Shown here: positions 11,001 to 24,919 of the stretch, piece by piece | Layout of the letters: each line of letters starts with the position of its first letter | Position numbering within the stretch: position 1 is the stretch's first letter | NCBI RefSeq assembly: GCF_001194135.2 | Contig: NC_068986.1 | Coordinates: 38,858,249-38,922,248, forward strand | Direction of reading: 5' to 3' | Length of the DNA stretch: 64,000 bases | DNA from: Octopus bimaculoides | Taxonomy: Eukaryota | The notes under the pieces: model-generated | Told to the model about the DNA's origin: nothing | Seen by the model: the letters and a program-made list of their open reading frames with translations, nothing else | The model's database searches: none | Made by a program: the position numbers and the translations under genes

Positions 11001-14000
11001 TCAAGTATAAAACACTTGAGTTTGTTTTCTGAACCTAACCATCACTTTTGATTTTGAATTTTATTAACTACTTTTCCTTTGAGCCTATTAACATTTGTCT
11101 TTGATATTTGATCCTAATTACTTTTTGTTGCTTGATATTTTGCACTCTATGACCTTGTGTCTTACATTGAATATTTACAGACACGGATTACTACTTTCCA
11201 CCTGGTTGCATTCTCGAGAAAATACTTTCAGTTCAGTATTTGGATGATTTGGATATAGAAGGAATTTACCCTCTTTATCAACAATTGCAAAAGCATTTTC
11301 AAAAGCATCCTGAAGATAGGTGAGGAAAAAAAAAATACTACATTTTTGGCTGTTCTATCCTGTTTTCTAGATACACTAAATTTTTAATAAAAGCAAAAAG
11401 AGTATATTTATATGGGCACAGGTTTGAATGAGTGGCTATGTGGTTTACTTCAAAATGATGTGATTTGGTGTTGAATCCCATTGTATGGCACTTTAGGGCA
11501 TCATCTCTACACTTTGAGTTGGCCAATACCATCTGAGTGAAATTTGGTTGACAGATGCCCAATATATATCATCATCATCTTTTAACATCCATTTTCCATG
11601 CTGGCATAGATTGATGGGTTGGCCAGTTTGACAGGATCAGACAAGTCAAAGGACTGTATTATGTTCCAATGTATACTTTGGTATGATTTCTATGGTTGAA
11701 TGCATCATACAATCTGCTTTTCACTTTGAGAGAGAAACCTTTTGTTACCAACAGAGATAAAAGCTCTCTGAAATTTTCCCAGCCTGTTTTTATTCTAGCC
11801 TTTTTACTTCAGAACATCCTCCTAAACTACTAATGAGTCACCTATATGACAGAAGTTATTTACTACCTCTGGGAACCCTCCTGAGTATTTGAGAAAGCTA
11901 TTTCCCATGCATGCTTAGTGCTTGTTGCTAATAAGCATCTGCCACATATAAAGTCTATTTTTTCCATTAACCAGCCTATGATACCACTGCACCTCTTGTG
12001 TGTCCATAGTTTGCACTTGGTACACTGCATAGAATTTCTGCATATTGAGCTAGACAATTTTCTCTGTTTTCTTACTTGCTAAATTTGAGATCCTTCAAAT
12101 CCAGGTTTTGCTTCGACACTTGGAATTTCTTTTCCAATTCTACTACAGATCCAGCTGTTTAAATACAGGCAACTAGACTATGTAAACTAATGTAAAATCA
12201 GTGCATTAAGTTAGACCATTACACAAAAAAGGAGAAAAATTATCCTTTTGAGAGGCATTGATATGATTGACTAAAACATTCAAAACCAGTGCCCCAACAA
12301 GGCCACATTCCAGTGTCTGGAACAATTAACCTTTTAGTATTCAAACTGGCCATATCCAGGCTTAAATATTCTACCTGTTAAACAGGTAGATTATTTAGGC
12401 CTGGATATGTTCAAACCAGCCAGATGCAGCCTCTCATACCTACTCTACAATGTCCTTCAAAAATAAGCAACCACATTATGAAATCTCAAAGCTGCAAGAT
12501 GATGCCTGATTGATTCAAAACAATGTGACAGAATAATCTGAATGCTAAAGGGTTAAAGAAGTTCTATATAAAAAAATATAGTAAAGGGATTTTTTATATA
12601 CATATCATGTCATCATTGTTTTAGCATCCATTTTTCCATGCATAACATGGGTCAGTCAGAATTCATCTATAGCTAGATGCCATTCATGTTGTCAACTTTC
12701 ACCCAATTCCAAGCAAGCTAATATTCCCTCATGACCACACACTTTGTCAGAAGACTGGGAATGGACACTACTTGTGTGACAGTAAGGTTCGTTTAAAGGT
12801 GTTGTGTAATGTCAAGGCAAGAAGAAACAAACATACACACAAATAGACAACAGGCTTCTTTTAATATGCCTCTACGAAATGCACTCACAAGGCTTTGGTC
12901 AATCTGGACTGTAGTAGAAGACATTTGCCAAAGCTGCTAAGCAGTGGGACTGAACCTGAAACCATATGATTAGGAAAGACTTCTTAACCACATGTAACAC
13001 AGCTATGCCTGTGCCTAGTCATGGCTGTGTAGTTAAAAAGTTTGCTTTGTAACCATGTTGCTTGAGGACCATTACGACAGCATGAATATTGTCAGCTGGT
13101 GTTGTACAGGAGTCAGCCAATACCTTGTGAGTGAAATTAGTTGACAGAAATTGAAGAAGCCTGTAAATAAATGAATTTATGTGTGAAGGCACATGATCTA
13201 GTGGTTAAGGTGTTGCACACGTGGTCATAAGAACATGGTTTCGATTCCCAAACCAGGCAGTATACTGTGTTCTTGAACAAAACACTTCATTTCGCGTTGC
13301 TCCAGTTCACTCAGCTGTAAATGGATAACCCTTGCAATGGACTGACGTCCTATTCAGTGGGTAATGTTGGCCCGTCTGCCTAGCCAGCGGGATGGCTTCA
13401 TTTAAAAGCTACAAGAAGACAAGGAAGCGCATTGTGACTATCCCAGCGGTGTATACTATCAAATATTCTTATTGATACGTGTGTATGAGAGAGAGGGGGG
13501 GGAGAACGGATTCGTATTTCCCCATCACTTGTGTTCACTCATCGTAAACAACAATACACAAGCTGTGGGTAGGTGTTCTTTTCTTGCAGTCAACTGGGCT
13601 TCTTGACATATTGCCGATCTTTGTCAACAAAAAGCTCATTCAAACGATGTTGTTTGTTTACAGTTCACTGCTTAACTATGTCCGAGCTGTTCATTTTTCG
13701 ATAAACTTAGGAGTTATTTATTACCTTGCTTGGAAACAGGTGGGGGTTGGTGACAGGAATGGCATGCAGCTATAGAAAATCTACTTCAATAAATTCCTTC
13801 CGACCCATGCAAGCATGGAAAAGTGAACATTAAAATGATGATGATTACATCAAATTTACTATGAACTATGGTAGCAAAGTTTTAAGTGGTGTAATTGTTC
13901 CTGTAATTGTGACTGTACTGTACACTGGTGCTATCCAGAAACTCTTAGCGTTCCAGAGGTTTTGTTCACATCATATTTGTCACATTTCACACATTAACAG

Positions 14001-17000
14001 AAAATATACCAGTCAAGGAGAGAGCCCTACACGGTCGATTGATTTGCTAGAAATAGCAGCAAAATTTCTCCAATCAAACTTCACTATCTTAAACAAGCAA
14101 GGACACATTTGATAATATAGTCTTTAGATAGCCCTTCAAAAGACAAGATACTTCGTGACTAGAACTTTGTTCAATCAAGGTTGTTTGGGAGGATTAAACA
14201 ACAAAAAACACACAAAAGTCCCCCCCCCCTCCGATATTATTTGTGTACCATTTTTGTTGTACTTTTTTCCTTTGAACAAAACATGGTTATTTACGAATCT
14301 TTTTTCTTTTTTAGACAAAAGTATTGCCTGGACGGTCCTTACCGGGGGGACAACTGGTATGTGGTTTCTAATAACAACAACATCGAGGATGCAGGAAATT
14401 CAGACATACTTTATACAATGATTAAGGTGAGGTTTATTTATAATTTTATCATTTTCGACAAATGCTATGTATACGAGTGTCTCTAGACGTGCGTTTGTGT
14501 TCTATCCGACTTCGTCCCCATTTAGTGGACCTAAAGCAGAACAGCCTTTTTCTTTTTTTTTTCTCTCAAACTGTGTTCATAAATGTTTTTTCCTACACAA
14601 ATGTGCCCCAACTCGTTGATAACTTCCAGAAAAATGGGTTTTAAAATTTTTATTTTCTTCGTGAAATTTTCTACAAATAGTTTTCAGATGGTTTACAATA
14701 CGATTATATTGGAATTTAATGTAAAGGGCCTAAAGTGGACCCTATAACTGAGGGAGAATAAGAGTGTGCAGTGATTCTAGGCGGGTAACCGAAAGAAAGA
14801 TGGAACATATTTACAATCGTGAAAGGGTGGTGGAGATGGAGAGAGTAACCAAATAGTAATCGCTAATTGGTGAGGAGGTAGTGACATAAGGGAAAAGGAA
14901 AGAGTTAATAGTGGTGAAATGTGTGTGTTGGTTGGTAGTACAACAGGACAAGTATAATAAATGAGATGGCAGGGAAGAGCAAAGAGATAGGAATCATGGA
15001 GAGAAGAGGATGTAAGGTGATAGGTAGAAGGTAGGGTTGGTGGGGAACATATATATAACAGCTTCTTAAAGGTATATTTTTCCATTGGTAGACAGGTCTT
15101 CTGTAGTATCACATATCATTATGGTCCTTTATCGTCTCTTCTGTGAGTTGCACTTCATTCCAGGGTCTTCCTTGGTTTCCCTCTGCCACAGGTTCCACTA
15201 ATTTGGAGTGCTCAACACTTTTGTATGCAGCAGCCATCTCGACATGCATCACATACCCATACCAGCACAGCCTCCGTTTTGCACACACCTGATTTTCAAT
15301 GGAATACACTTGTTTTGAATTTTTTTTCCTTTCTCGTGGAAACCTAGTTTTTGAGGTGTAGGTTTGACACTGTTATGAATGGTTATCAAAATTCTGAGGC
15401 CTGGTACTTAAATATTAATTAAACTCTTAGACTTCAATTATTTAGAGTCTTTACAAGTAAGACACAACTGTTAGTGAGCAGCTAACATGTATATTTATAT
15501 ATGCCTCATTCATACATGTAGTACTGTAAATATTCATGTATTTAACTCATTATGAGTTGCCTAGTAATCCAAATTGAATTATTACTCTAGACAGCCTCCA
15601 CCAAAAATTACTTTTCTTCTCAGCAGAACTTTTGGGGTTAATCATTGTCTGAGACTAATCTCAGTAGAATGGAGAAAACATGTAATAAATTCTGGGGAGC
15701 TAGTTGTTATTGATCTATCTGTCCATTATGAAGTTTAATTAAATGTAGAAATTCTTACAGAATGTACACAAAATATTAATCATCAATTCTTCAGATTTGT
15801 TCATATCTGCTTGACTATCCTGTCTTCCTGTGGCTATGTTGTCAAATATGTTCTTTTAAAGACTAGGATGTAATTAGAGAGAAATTTTATTTTTAGCAGA
15901 TCAAGAGACTGCATATAGGTTCCTTTATTGGTTAGTATGTCATCATAATCATCATTTAATGTCTGTTGTCCATGCTGGCGTGGGTTGGATGGTTTGACCA
16001 AGGCTGGCAAGCTGGAAGGCTGCACCAGAGACCAGTCTGATTGGCATGGTTTCTACAGCTGAGGGTGCTTTTGTGTGACTGCCATGCAGTGGGACTGAAC
16101 CTGAAGCCTTGAGGTTGGGAAACGAAATCTGCTAGGACTGCGATTTTACTTGGCTTCATGGGTCTTCTTCTCAAGCACAACATAATGCCATAGGTCTCAG
16201 TCATTGCCTCCATGAGGCCTAACACTCAAAAGGTGCTCTTTACATGACACCAGCATCAGCTATGACTATGATTTCACTTGGTTTGACATATTTTCTCAAG
16301 CAAAGCTTATTGCCAAAGGACTCAGCCACTAGTCATTACCTCTGTGAGGCCCAAAATTCAAAGATCATGCTTCACCACCTCATGTCTTCCTAGGTCTACC
16401 TCTACCACAGGTTCCCTCCAATTAGAGATAGGCACTTCTTTACACAGCTGTTCTCATTGATATGCATCACATGGCCATACCAGTAGTCGTCTCTCTTGCA
16501 CACCACATCTGATGCCTCTTATGCTCAACATTTTTCTCAAGATGCTTACACTCTGTGAACATACACAGACATGGCACATCCAGTGAAACAAACTGGCTGC
16601 ATTTCTTTCAAGCCTACGCATGTCCTAAGCTGTCAGAGCCACTGTTTCACTGCTATGAAGGATAGCTGTTCGCACACAGGCATCATACAATCTGCCTTTC
16701 ACTCTGAGAGAGAGGCCTTTTGTTGCCAGCAAAGGTAGGAGCTCTCTGAACTTTGCCCAGCCTAATCTTATTCCCATAGCTACACTCTGAGCATTCACCT
16801 CCACTACTAACTTGGTCACCTAGATAACAGAAGTTATCTACTACCCCACTGACAGTTAATGGAATCTATTTTTTGTACATTTTTGGTGTTTATTGTACCT
16901 GTGCATCTTCCACACACAAAAGCTATTTTCCCTGTTAACCTTCCTTTGATATTGCTGCACCTCTTGTGTGATGATAGCTTACACTGAGTGCATCACATTA

Positions 17001-18291
17001 ATAAAAATATTTTTGCTTTCTTTTTGTAGGTGAAGCAATTTCTTGTGGCACAAACTGTAAAAGACTGCTCCATTATTCTTGCGATGCAGAGACAAGATAA
17101 TCGGTAAAGTTTTTTTTTTTAAATTTATTTAAATTCCTTTCATTAAAGATCTCAAATTTACACAGGTGAGAGAATCATTTGATTGTAATATCGTCTCAAG
17201 AGTCTTACAGTCATAGAGGAAATGAAATGGTTTCAATCAGGAATTCGATCTGGGTTGCTATCTCAGCTAACCAAGAACTGAATTCTTACTGAATATATTT
17301 GCCACCTTAAATTTACAAGTAAAGGCACAGGAATAAAAAAAATTTTTAAAAGTCGAGTGACATCTTATTATCTCTTTCAGATACTAAAATCTCCAAGGTT
17401 TTTCTCATCAATGAAAGTCACTACTCTAAATATTAGATTTTCTTTCTCACATTGCACCAACATATTATTATAGGATTGGTTATCTATTTACATTGTTTGT
17501 ATAGTAGTGTAATTTGTGAATGAAACAGATAGCAAGCCTTAAATTAGGTTAATGTAAATTTGTGTCAAAAACTGGCCAGAATGTAGACAATAGAAAGGCT
17601 GGAATGCATAGATAGTTATTGGGGTGAACTGGAAAAAGGAAATTGAATATTTCATGCATTTAGCCTAGCACTATGCCATTCCTCCACAGCATTCTACTTC
17701 CAATTATATAATTGTAGTTTTTCATGCTTGAGAAAGATAGTTCTGCAATTTCTTGCAAAACGTTCTGCAATAATGGTGTGCTTATAGTGATCAAATGTTT
17801 ATACTGCACATAAGCTCACTCCCGCCATCAAATCAACATTGTCTGTGTGCCACACGTCAGTGGAGCAGTGCAGTGCAAAATAAAGTGTTTTGCTCAAGAA
17901 CATAACACACTGACAGGTCTGGGAATTGGACCCATAATTTCACTATCATGAGTGCAACGCCCAAACCACTAAATTATGTGCTGTCCTCCAATTCCAATAT
18001 TATACAGGATTATTGTTACCAATTATTTTAAATAATATTCTGATTTAAACCTGCTGTAGCCATTGTTTTTGCATTATTAAGAATTGAATATATTTTTTCC
18101 CTTTAATTTTATTTTTCAGTTCGGATATGTCAGGTGTCTCTTATTTAACAGACTGCTTTGGACAACCCTATAAGCATTCCTTGGCTATTATTGACTTGGA
18201 TCCTAAACCATATGAAAAAATTCCCGTTTATATGAAAGAAGATGAAACTATAGTTAATACTTACTTGAAATCACAATTTGCTGTTCCTTGA
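7908..18291 (+). CDS. IPPK: Inositol-pentakisphosphate 2-kinase, 3' part (6 coding exons; 5' exons not found in window)
   Basis: join(7908-8011,9165-9310,11181-11319,14315-14426,17030-17103,18120-18291) = 747 nt, one open frame ending in TGA, all introns GT-AG with matching phase. Motifs GCILEKILSVQYLDDLDIEGIYPLY, LDGPY, VKQFLVAQTVKDCSIILAM and IIDLDPKPYEKIP match recalled IPPK/Ipk1 conserved boxes. Confidence 0.92.
8904..9129. mobile_element. piggyBac-type MITE
   Basis: TTAA-TCCTTTAGCATT … AATGCTAAAGGG-TTAA; sister copies 12326-12556 and ~48471-48694. Confidence 0.8.
9165..9310 (+). CDS. IPPK: IPPK exon (CLDVFINLVVDALHYPMDTCTP...YRSTPDE)
   Basis: ttctttcag acceptor, gtaagt donor, phase 2 to 1; only the phase-compatible frame is open. 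Confidence 0.85.
10376..10650 (+). mobile_element. tRNA-derived SINE, family C
   Basis: A box TGGCTTAGTGG and B-box-like GGTTTCAGTTC; relatives at 13185-13440(+), 17770-17992(-), 49782-50105(+), 53925-54258(-), 57435-57545(+). Confidence 0.7.
11181..11319 (+). CDS. IPPK: IPPK exon (DTDYYFPPGCILEKILSVQYLDDLDIEGIYPLYQQLQKHFQKHPED)
   Basis: tttacag acceptor, gtgagg donor, phase 1 to 2; LDIEGIYPLY motif. Confidence 0.93.
11572..12170 (-). mobile_element. RTE LINE fragment with PHD-type finger
   Basis: ORF 11863..12057 QCTKCKLWTHKRCSGIIGWLMEKIDFICGRC; (CAT)n tail at 11572. Confidence 0.8.
12326..12556. mobile_element. piggyBac-type MITE with internal inverted duplication
   Basis: TTAA-CCTTTTAGTATTC … GAATGCTAAAGGG-TTAA. 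Confidence 0.8.
14315..14426 (+). CDS. IPPK: IPPK exon (QKYCLDGPYRGDNWY...ILYTMIK)
   Basis: Polypyrimidine-ttag acceptor, gtgagg donor, phase 2 to 0; DGPY motif; within ORF 14181..14486. Confidence 0.92.
15085..15310 (-). mobile_element. Degenerate RTE LINE fragment
   Basis: ORF 15109..15309 KRRLCWYGYVM…EGNQGRPW resembles the RTE C-terminus. Confidence 0.6.
15945..16992 (-). mobile_element. 5'-truncated RTE LINE
   Basis: [61 protein letters not shown] (ORF 16625..16819), 3'UTR and (CAT)n. Confidence 0.88.
17030..17103 (+). CDS. IPPK: IPPK exon (VKQFLVAQTVKDCSIILAMQRQDN)
   Basis: tttttgtag acceptor, gtaaag donor, phase 0 to 2; TxKDCSI motif. Confidence 0.93.
18120..18291 (+). CDS. IPPK: IPPK last coding exon (…HSLAIIDLDPKPYEKIP…AVP*)
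   Basis: atttttcag acceptor, TGA at 18289-18291; DLDPKP motif. Confidence 0.93.
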
Positions 18292-20669
18292 AAGAAAGAA
18301 AGATGTATGTTTGGTTCAGAACAGCTTGAGAAACCAATTTACATAAAGAGAAGTAAAAAGATAATTTACTTTCTGATGCGTTCAATAAGGAAAGGAAAAA
18401 AAAAATTAAATTTTTGTTGCAGAAAGTATTGCCCCAGAATTCAGTGTGTCTAATTCCAGGCACTTTACACGAAAGGAACAGTATTGCTGAAATACTGATA
18501 TAGCATCGTAATAAAGAATGAAAATATTTTGGTGAGAAATAGAATGGGGAGATGCTATTCATTTGCTATTATAAGTTTCTCCTCTTAACATCATTGTTAT
18601 TCCCTTTGGATCCCAAGTGAATAATAATAATTTGTAAGTGCTTGAATACAAATTATTAATTCTAATATAATCTTGCTGTTAGAAAGCACTGCATTATGGA
18701 AATAATTGAAATGAAACCAAATTTGCAATCCCAACACCAATGTTATAATTTTTGAGTTTTACTCACAGTAAACTTATGTGATAGCATATTACCTAAGGAA
18801 AACAATTGGGCAGACATGAATAATGTTGTTCATGCTTCAGTTTTTAGATTGAAAATATTATTTTGATTAAAGTATGGACTTTATATATAATTGTCTATAT
18901 TTTAATACGTTCAAGAAAGTTTTTTTTTATTTAATTACAGACTTTATCTTTCGCCTATATGATAATCATACAAATGTTTGACATCTGCATAAAAACTTTG
19001 TTGCGAACATACATCATAAAATTAATTTTTTAATAAAATATAATGGATGGGGGGGAGGGGTAATCATTTATTTTATTGAACAAAAAAAAAAAAAAAGGGG
19101 CAGGGACCCTACAAAAATGAGAATTAAGATTGCTATTCATCGCACCAACATTCGTAAGGACTTCCTCCTCCTCCCCATGATTGATATGGGTTAATTATGC
19201 TTTCAGAATTGCCTTTTACCATTTGTCCTTCAAAAATATTTATGAAAATAAGAGTAATGCTGAAGTCTGGACTTCATTTTCCAATTTAACATTTCCAATC
19301 ACAGTATTATATACTTCTGATGATTTTCGCAATCTGTAAGTAGCAAGAAAGCATTCTGTGTCTATACTTAATCATATGAATGTTGATATTCATAATTTTT
19401 GTTTTAACTCAACTTATTTGGCTGTGGTCTTTTGAGAGAAACAGAATTATTCCAAATAAAATCTATTTCTCTGATGTCGAATTAATGTATTAAACACCAT
19501 CTCATTTGAAAATATTTTTTCAATTTTAATGAACCATCCTTGTGGTACACTTTCAGAATGACATTATTCAGATCAATCTTACATAGCATATCAAATTTCC
19601 TTCCAAATTAATAACTATGCTTTCAAAACTGTATGCTGCTGGCTTTTTGTTCAGAACAGATAAAAAAAAGTAGTTTAAGTAACAAAATCTGTCCAAGAAA
19701 TCACATACATTTAAAATATAGTTCTTTTAAGTTCTGAATTAAGGTAAAGAAGACAATTAGAGGTTTTTGATGCCTTAGAGTTTTAATTTTTCATTAATGT
19801 TATATAAAATTAATTATGAAAGCAGAACACCTTAAAAGTATCTTATTCAGGGATCCCTTCTTGAAGTCACCATTAGTGAGCTTAGTTACAATGACACTTG
19901 AATAATCTTGTACCTAAAAAATATATACACAATTTTATTTTTTTCATATATACCTCCATTTTGACAAGTGGGAATTGCTATGTAGTATGGTATTGCAGAG
20001 CAATATCCATTTGTCTAAATGGCAGTAAACATATGCTGTTCATATACCTTCCATTCTAATTAAACAGGAGGGGAGAAATGGCAGTAAATTTAGATTGACT
20101 ATAATTTACAAAACCAAATGAGAAATTTTACAGTTTTTTTAAATATCATAATTTCAACTGTACACAACACTGGCCAATTATGACAATTATTGAGTAAAAT
20201 ACTGGTGCACACATAATTATAAAAGATCAAGCAGGTACTGTAACTGACAAATAAAAACTGAATTCAGAAGCTACTGCTGTCCAATAAAACCTAAATGATT
20301 TATTGAATAAATTATTACAGACATTTTCCACTGGTTTAATATTTTGTTTTTTGATGTTTTTGTTATATTTAAATTTGTAGATATACATAAACTGTGATAG
20401 AAATTTATTAGCACTTTGGAACACAATTCAAAATTATGTAATTATTTTAGTTTAAGATATTAAACATAATTCCATAAACATTAAAATAATTAATTTAATG
20501 CTTGCATAATTAATATATCAGATTGTCTTTATATTATTTTACTCCAATTACATCTCTCAACAGAGACTATATTACTTAGTGAAACTTTTTGCAAAGCAAT
20601 TTCACAAACATTTATAGCTTAAGAATTTTTTTTTTTAATAGTCATTTCAATTACCAGGGAATAAAGCAA

Positions 20670-21735
20670 TGGAATGTTTTCCAATCATCAGGTGGTTATC
20701 CTCAATGACTGATGTAGCAGCACCGTCCACCGATACAAAGACAAGAGCTCTAAAGGCAGAGGCATCAAATTCATGAACCCAGTTATGGAAGTAGCACAAT
20801 TAATTAGGAAGAGAATTAACTGTGTTTTAGAGATTGAACCAAGACAGAAGATTATCCATGCCCTCTTTTTAGCTTAAAACTTCTTGTGCAGGTCTCACTA
20901 AGAGTAAGCCACAAAATGCTTGTCAAAGACTTTCTACAGGTCACCAGAATACTGCAATCTGGTAGAAAAGAAAAGTGAGTATATGAATGGCTTGAGTCAT
21001 TTACATGGGTGCTTTTAACAATGAGTTCAGCTAAGAATTTGGCAGACAGCTAGTTCAGTCACCTGTTATTGAACTATATAAAATTTCAATATTAGGTTGC
21101 TGTGAGAATGTGCCAAAGACCCATATCTCATAGCTTTATTCAAGTTTGAAACATGGGAGCCAGGTCTTGAATTAGCACAAAAGAATACAGAAATCTGCCA
21201 TAAGAAATGGCTGTTTTCAATATGCAAATAAGGAATACAAAGTAATTTTATACTGCATCCCATTAAGTGTATAAAAGGTGCATGGGTTCACATAGGATGA
21301 AATGAAATTTCATATCAAAATAGCTGACAGCTTTTGTTACCTAGGTAACCTAATTAGCAGTAGAGGTGGGTGCTGCTTAAGTATAGTGGGGAAAAAAGCT
21401 CCGAGTGAATGGTAGATTCTATGTTGTTTATAAAGTGTGAAATAAAGACACCTAGCGCAAAAGCTGGATAGAACTATGTTGGTATAGTTTGAATGTGTGA
21501 TAATAGAGTGCATGAACAACAAAGCAAAAGAGTGGGTAGAGATATCTAAAAAGAATCAGATGTGCAAAACAGAAAACTTAATATGGATATGTGGTGTATA
21601 TGAAGAATAAAAGTCAGGTGAAAGAAGTGCACCAAACAATCCAAGTGGAAAAGAACCTGCAGAAAAAAGTGAGACACTATACAAAAGTAGATCTGTCCAA
21701 CCCATAAAAGCATGGGAGAAAAAGATGAGATGACC
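20670..21735 (+). mobile_element. Old, heavily decayed RTE LINE
   Basis: Scattered in-order RT motifs VILND*CSSTVHRYKDK, GIKFMNPVMEVAQLIRKRI, GKWLFSICK, DSFCYLGNLISSRGGC, and a degenerate GTCCAACCCAT…GATGA terminus. Confidence 0.7.
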
Positions 21736-22101
21736 ATGGCCTGGAACACCACCACTCTTTGCTAAACAACAGCTTGTATTCACAAGACAAACAGTTTGTT
21801 GTTAAAAAGAAAGATTATCTTAATAGATAATACTGAGAACTTATAATACATACATTTGTTATCAAGCATGGGTAATTTCCATATGTGCTACACTGATACT
21901 CCACTTTCTGTACACTATAAACAGTGTCATCATTCAAACTTGTGGCATTTAATTTATGAAACAATATTTCAAGTTTATCTCGTGTTAACAACACTTCTAA
22001 CAATTAATTTAAAGTAAGGTTTGCATATTTAAGGAAATAAAATTGTAAGTTACACCTGATTAGCTAATATCATACAATGAAAATTTTTGGAAAATATATA
22101 A

Positions 22102-22998
22102 TACTAGCAGAGGCACCCGGCGTTGCTTGGGAATGAAATTGTTGCTTATGTACTTGAAGAAAAAAAGGCAAAATATGCTGTATAGAAATTTGAGGACATT
22201 CTGTAGATGGACTCTCAGATGAATGATGGCTGGGCGCCTCTCATGAATGGGGAAAATTGAAGATGTGCCAAAAAGCCTCATTGGTACTTGGAAACTTTTA
22301 CGAAAATTAAAATGGGGATTAAATGAAAAAAATGATTTACGTGAATATCCTCACAAGAGTAATTGAAATAAATGTCGATTGTGGAACCCGCGCGCGCACG
22401 CATACACACGTGTGTCTTTGTAAATATGTTTGTATACATTTATGTATGTGTGTTTGTAAGAGACAGAGTGTGAGTGAGAGAGAGAGNNNNNNNNNNNNNN
22501 NNNNNNNNNNNNNNNNNNNNNNNNNNNNNNNNNNNNNNNNNNNNNNNNNNNNNNNNNNNNNNNNNNNNNNNNNNNNNNNNNNNNNNNNNNNNNNNNNNNN
22601 NNNNNNNNNNNNNNNNNNNNNNNNNNNNNNNNNNNNNNNNNNNNNNNNNNNNNNNNNNNNNNNNNNNNNNNNNNNNNNNNNNNNNGTGAGACAGAGTGAG
22701 AGAGCGGTGTGTATGTAGTATTTACTCTCTCTCATACACACTCACACACAAAATAGAGAGTGAAGCTTTTTGCGGTTGTTACGTCAATACCGGAAGTTGA
22801 CATTGAGGAACCTTTTTAAAGAAGTGAATCTTAAATATATAGCAATATTATTTATTTTTAATTAAAAAAATCAAATGAAGAGCCTAAGATTTATCCGAGG
22901 TCAAATTATTCATGCATTACAAGTATGGAAGCATTTGGTGAAGTCGATTTCACGTGAAAAGCGATTACACACACATCTGTTTTATATATAGTATAGAT
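22102..22998 (+). mobile_element. Non-autonomous Helentron/HINE-like element
   Basis: 5' TACTAGCAGAGGCACCCGGCGTTGCTTGGG and 3' TTTTATATATAGTATAGAT termini like DINE-1/Lep1-type elements; internal microsatellites around an N gap. Confidence 0.6.
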
Positions 22999-24919
22999 AA
23001 TCCAAATCACACTGCATTCAAAAGAAAGTAAATAAGTAAACCACAAACATAAAATACACTGTTAAAGTTTCATTTAATAGCTTCAATAGTGATGGAAATA
23101 ATATATATTATTATATTCACTAATAATCCAATTTGGAATATTTACAGATTTACTTTTAAAAATTGCTTTAAATACTAATATGAAACTTCAAATGTATTCA
23201 AGTCAAATATTTTTGTAGTCCTTTAGATAAGCCACATTTTGAATATCTTTCTTTTCATGATCATGTTTTCTAACCAGCATAATTTTTTTTATATTAGATT
23301 TTTTTTCAAAAGCTGTGAATTTGTGTATATATATAAACCTTGAGAAAAGCAGACACCATTCTGAATTGGTTTCACAAAGTAGAAGTTAAATACAAATCAT
23401 TCAAAACACAAATGATAACTAGGACTATAAATGTGTATGTGTGTATGTGCACGCGCATAGTGAAAAGAAGAGGAGTAGCTCAGTGTTTTTATTTTTCAAA
23501 ATAAGTATAAATGTAAAGGACTTTTTTTATTTTATATTTTATTTACTATGTAGCAAGTGATCTACATTGTGGAAAAGTGATGTATTAAAAAAATTTTTGA
23601 GATGCCACAATCATTTATTTATACAATGTGCTTAAGTTATCATATAAAGCATAACAAGATACTGTTTTGGTGTTACAAAGGCCATAACAGCTCTGGTTTG
23701 GTCAGTAAGGTGAAGATGGGCAAAGGAGGAAAATGAAGTTGAAATAGGATGACCATTTCTCTAATTTCCAGAAAAATGATATTTCAACTAAACTTTCATC
23801 AGAGTTAAGGCAGAACATAACCCATTCTGTTTCACTGACTATTTTCTGGAAAAGTTTGTCAGTTGAGACATATAATTTTGCTGACACAATTCTCTCACTT
23901 TTATCCATGAAAACACTTTCTGGTTACATTGAATCAATGATTTCAGAACAAATAGTATAGTAACTTGCTTCTTCATTTCAATATTTTTTTTATTTATTTA
24001 TTTATTTTTTCTTTTCAAACTGATCATAAAAATACTCCTTTTTTCTTCTTTTTTTGAAATTGGTGAAATTTTAAGATTTTTTTATATAATATCTTCTTTT
24101 ATTTAAAGATAAAACTATAAGTTTTTTTTTTAATGTAATGGTCATTATTTGAACTGTAGGTTCAACTTTAATTTATCACATGATTTAAATAAATGAAATT
24201 ATTCACTGATAAAAAAAAAGGGGGGGGGGAATCTGTTCAGAGAAATGCTGAACTTAAAACCACCAAGATTTGTTTGATTTTTACAGAAGTTATCCATAAT
24301 ATGAAGTACAAACCAAAACTGACAATTGATTCTAATAGTGTAACACCAAAAACAGAGAGAAGCAGTATCAATAACTATGACACCTAAAAAGGTAAAGTTA
24401 TATCTTCCAAAGTATAAACTCCATGAATTAGTTTGTTAACTGTGCTGAAATCGATAAATGGGTCTACCTTACCTTTTAAGTCCCTCACATTTTTTTTTTT
24501 TTTTTTTTTNNNNNNNNNNTTTTTTTTTTTTTTTCTTTTGGGATTAAAAACATAATATTCATCCACTTGTAGATGCCATTAGAGTAGAATCAAATTGTAA
24601 CAGTCTTGAACATGAATTAGAGGGGTGAGCTAAAGCAGCATAGGGTATACTTGTAGAAGAAAGACAAGTACTTGAAAACATTCACACAGAGAAAATCTAT
24701 ATATATTTAGGAAAGAAAGAGAAACAGGCATAGATAAATAGCTCATTATAAATGAACATGTTATGGAATTTCAACAATCTTATATCATAGAAAAGACTGC
24801 AGATTTTTTTAAATTATCTAAACTGATGTTAAGTTCCATCATTTAAAAAGTACTGGATGTATCTAGATTTTGCACACATAGGTTCTGCCTTTGTGCCTAT
24901 GCAAGTAAGCAATCCTATG

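Noticed and set aside
20650-22010. Cluster of short minus-strand ORFs suggesting a third gene between IPPK and OTUD5
   Set aside because: The + strand shows in-order decayed RTE motifs; the ORFs are antisense shadows.
23702-23908. 68-aa minus-strand ORF
   Set aside because: No recognisable motif or splice context; it lies in the probable OTUD5 3'UTR.
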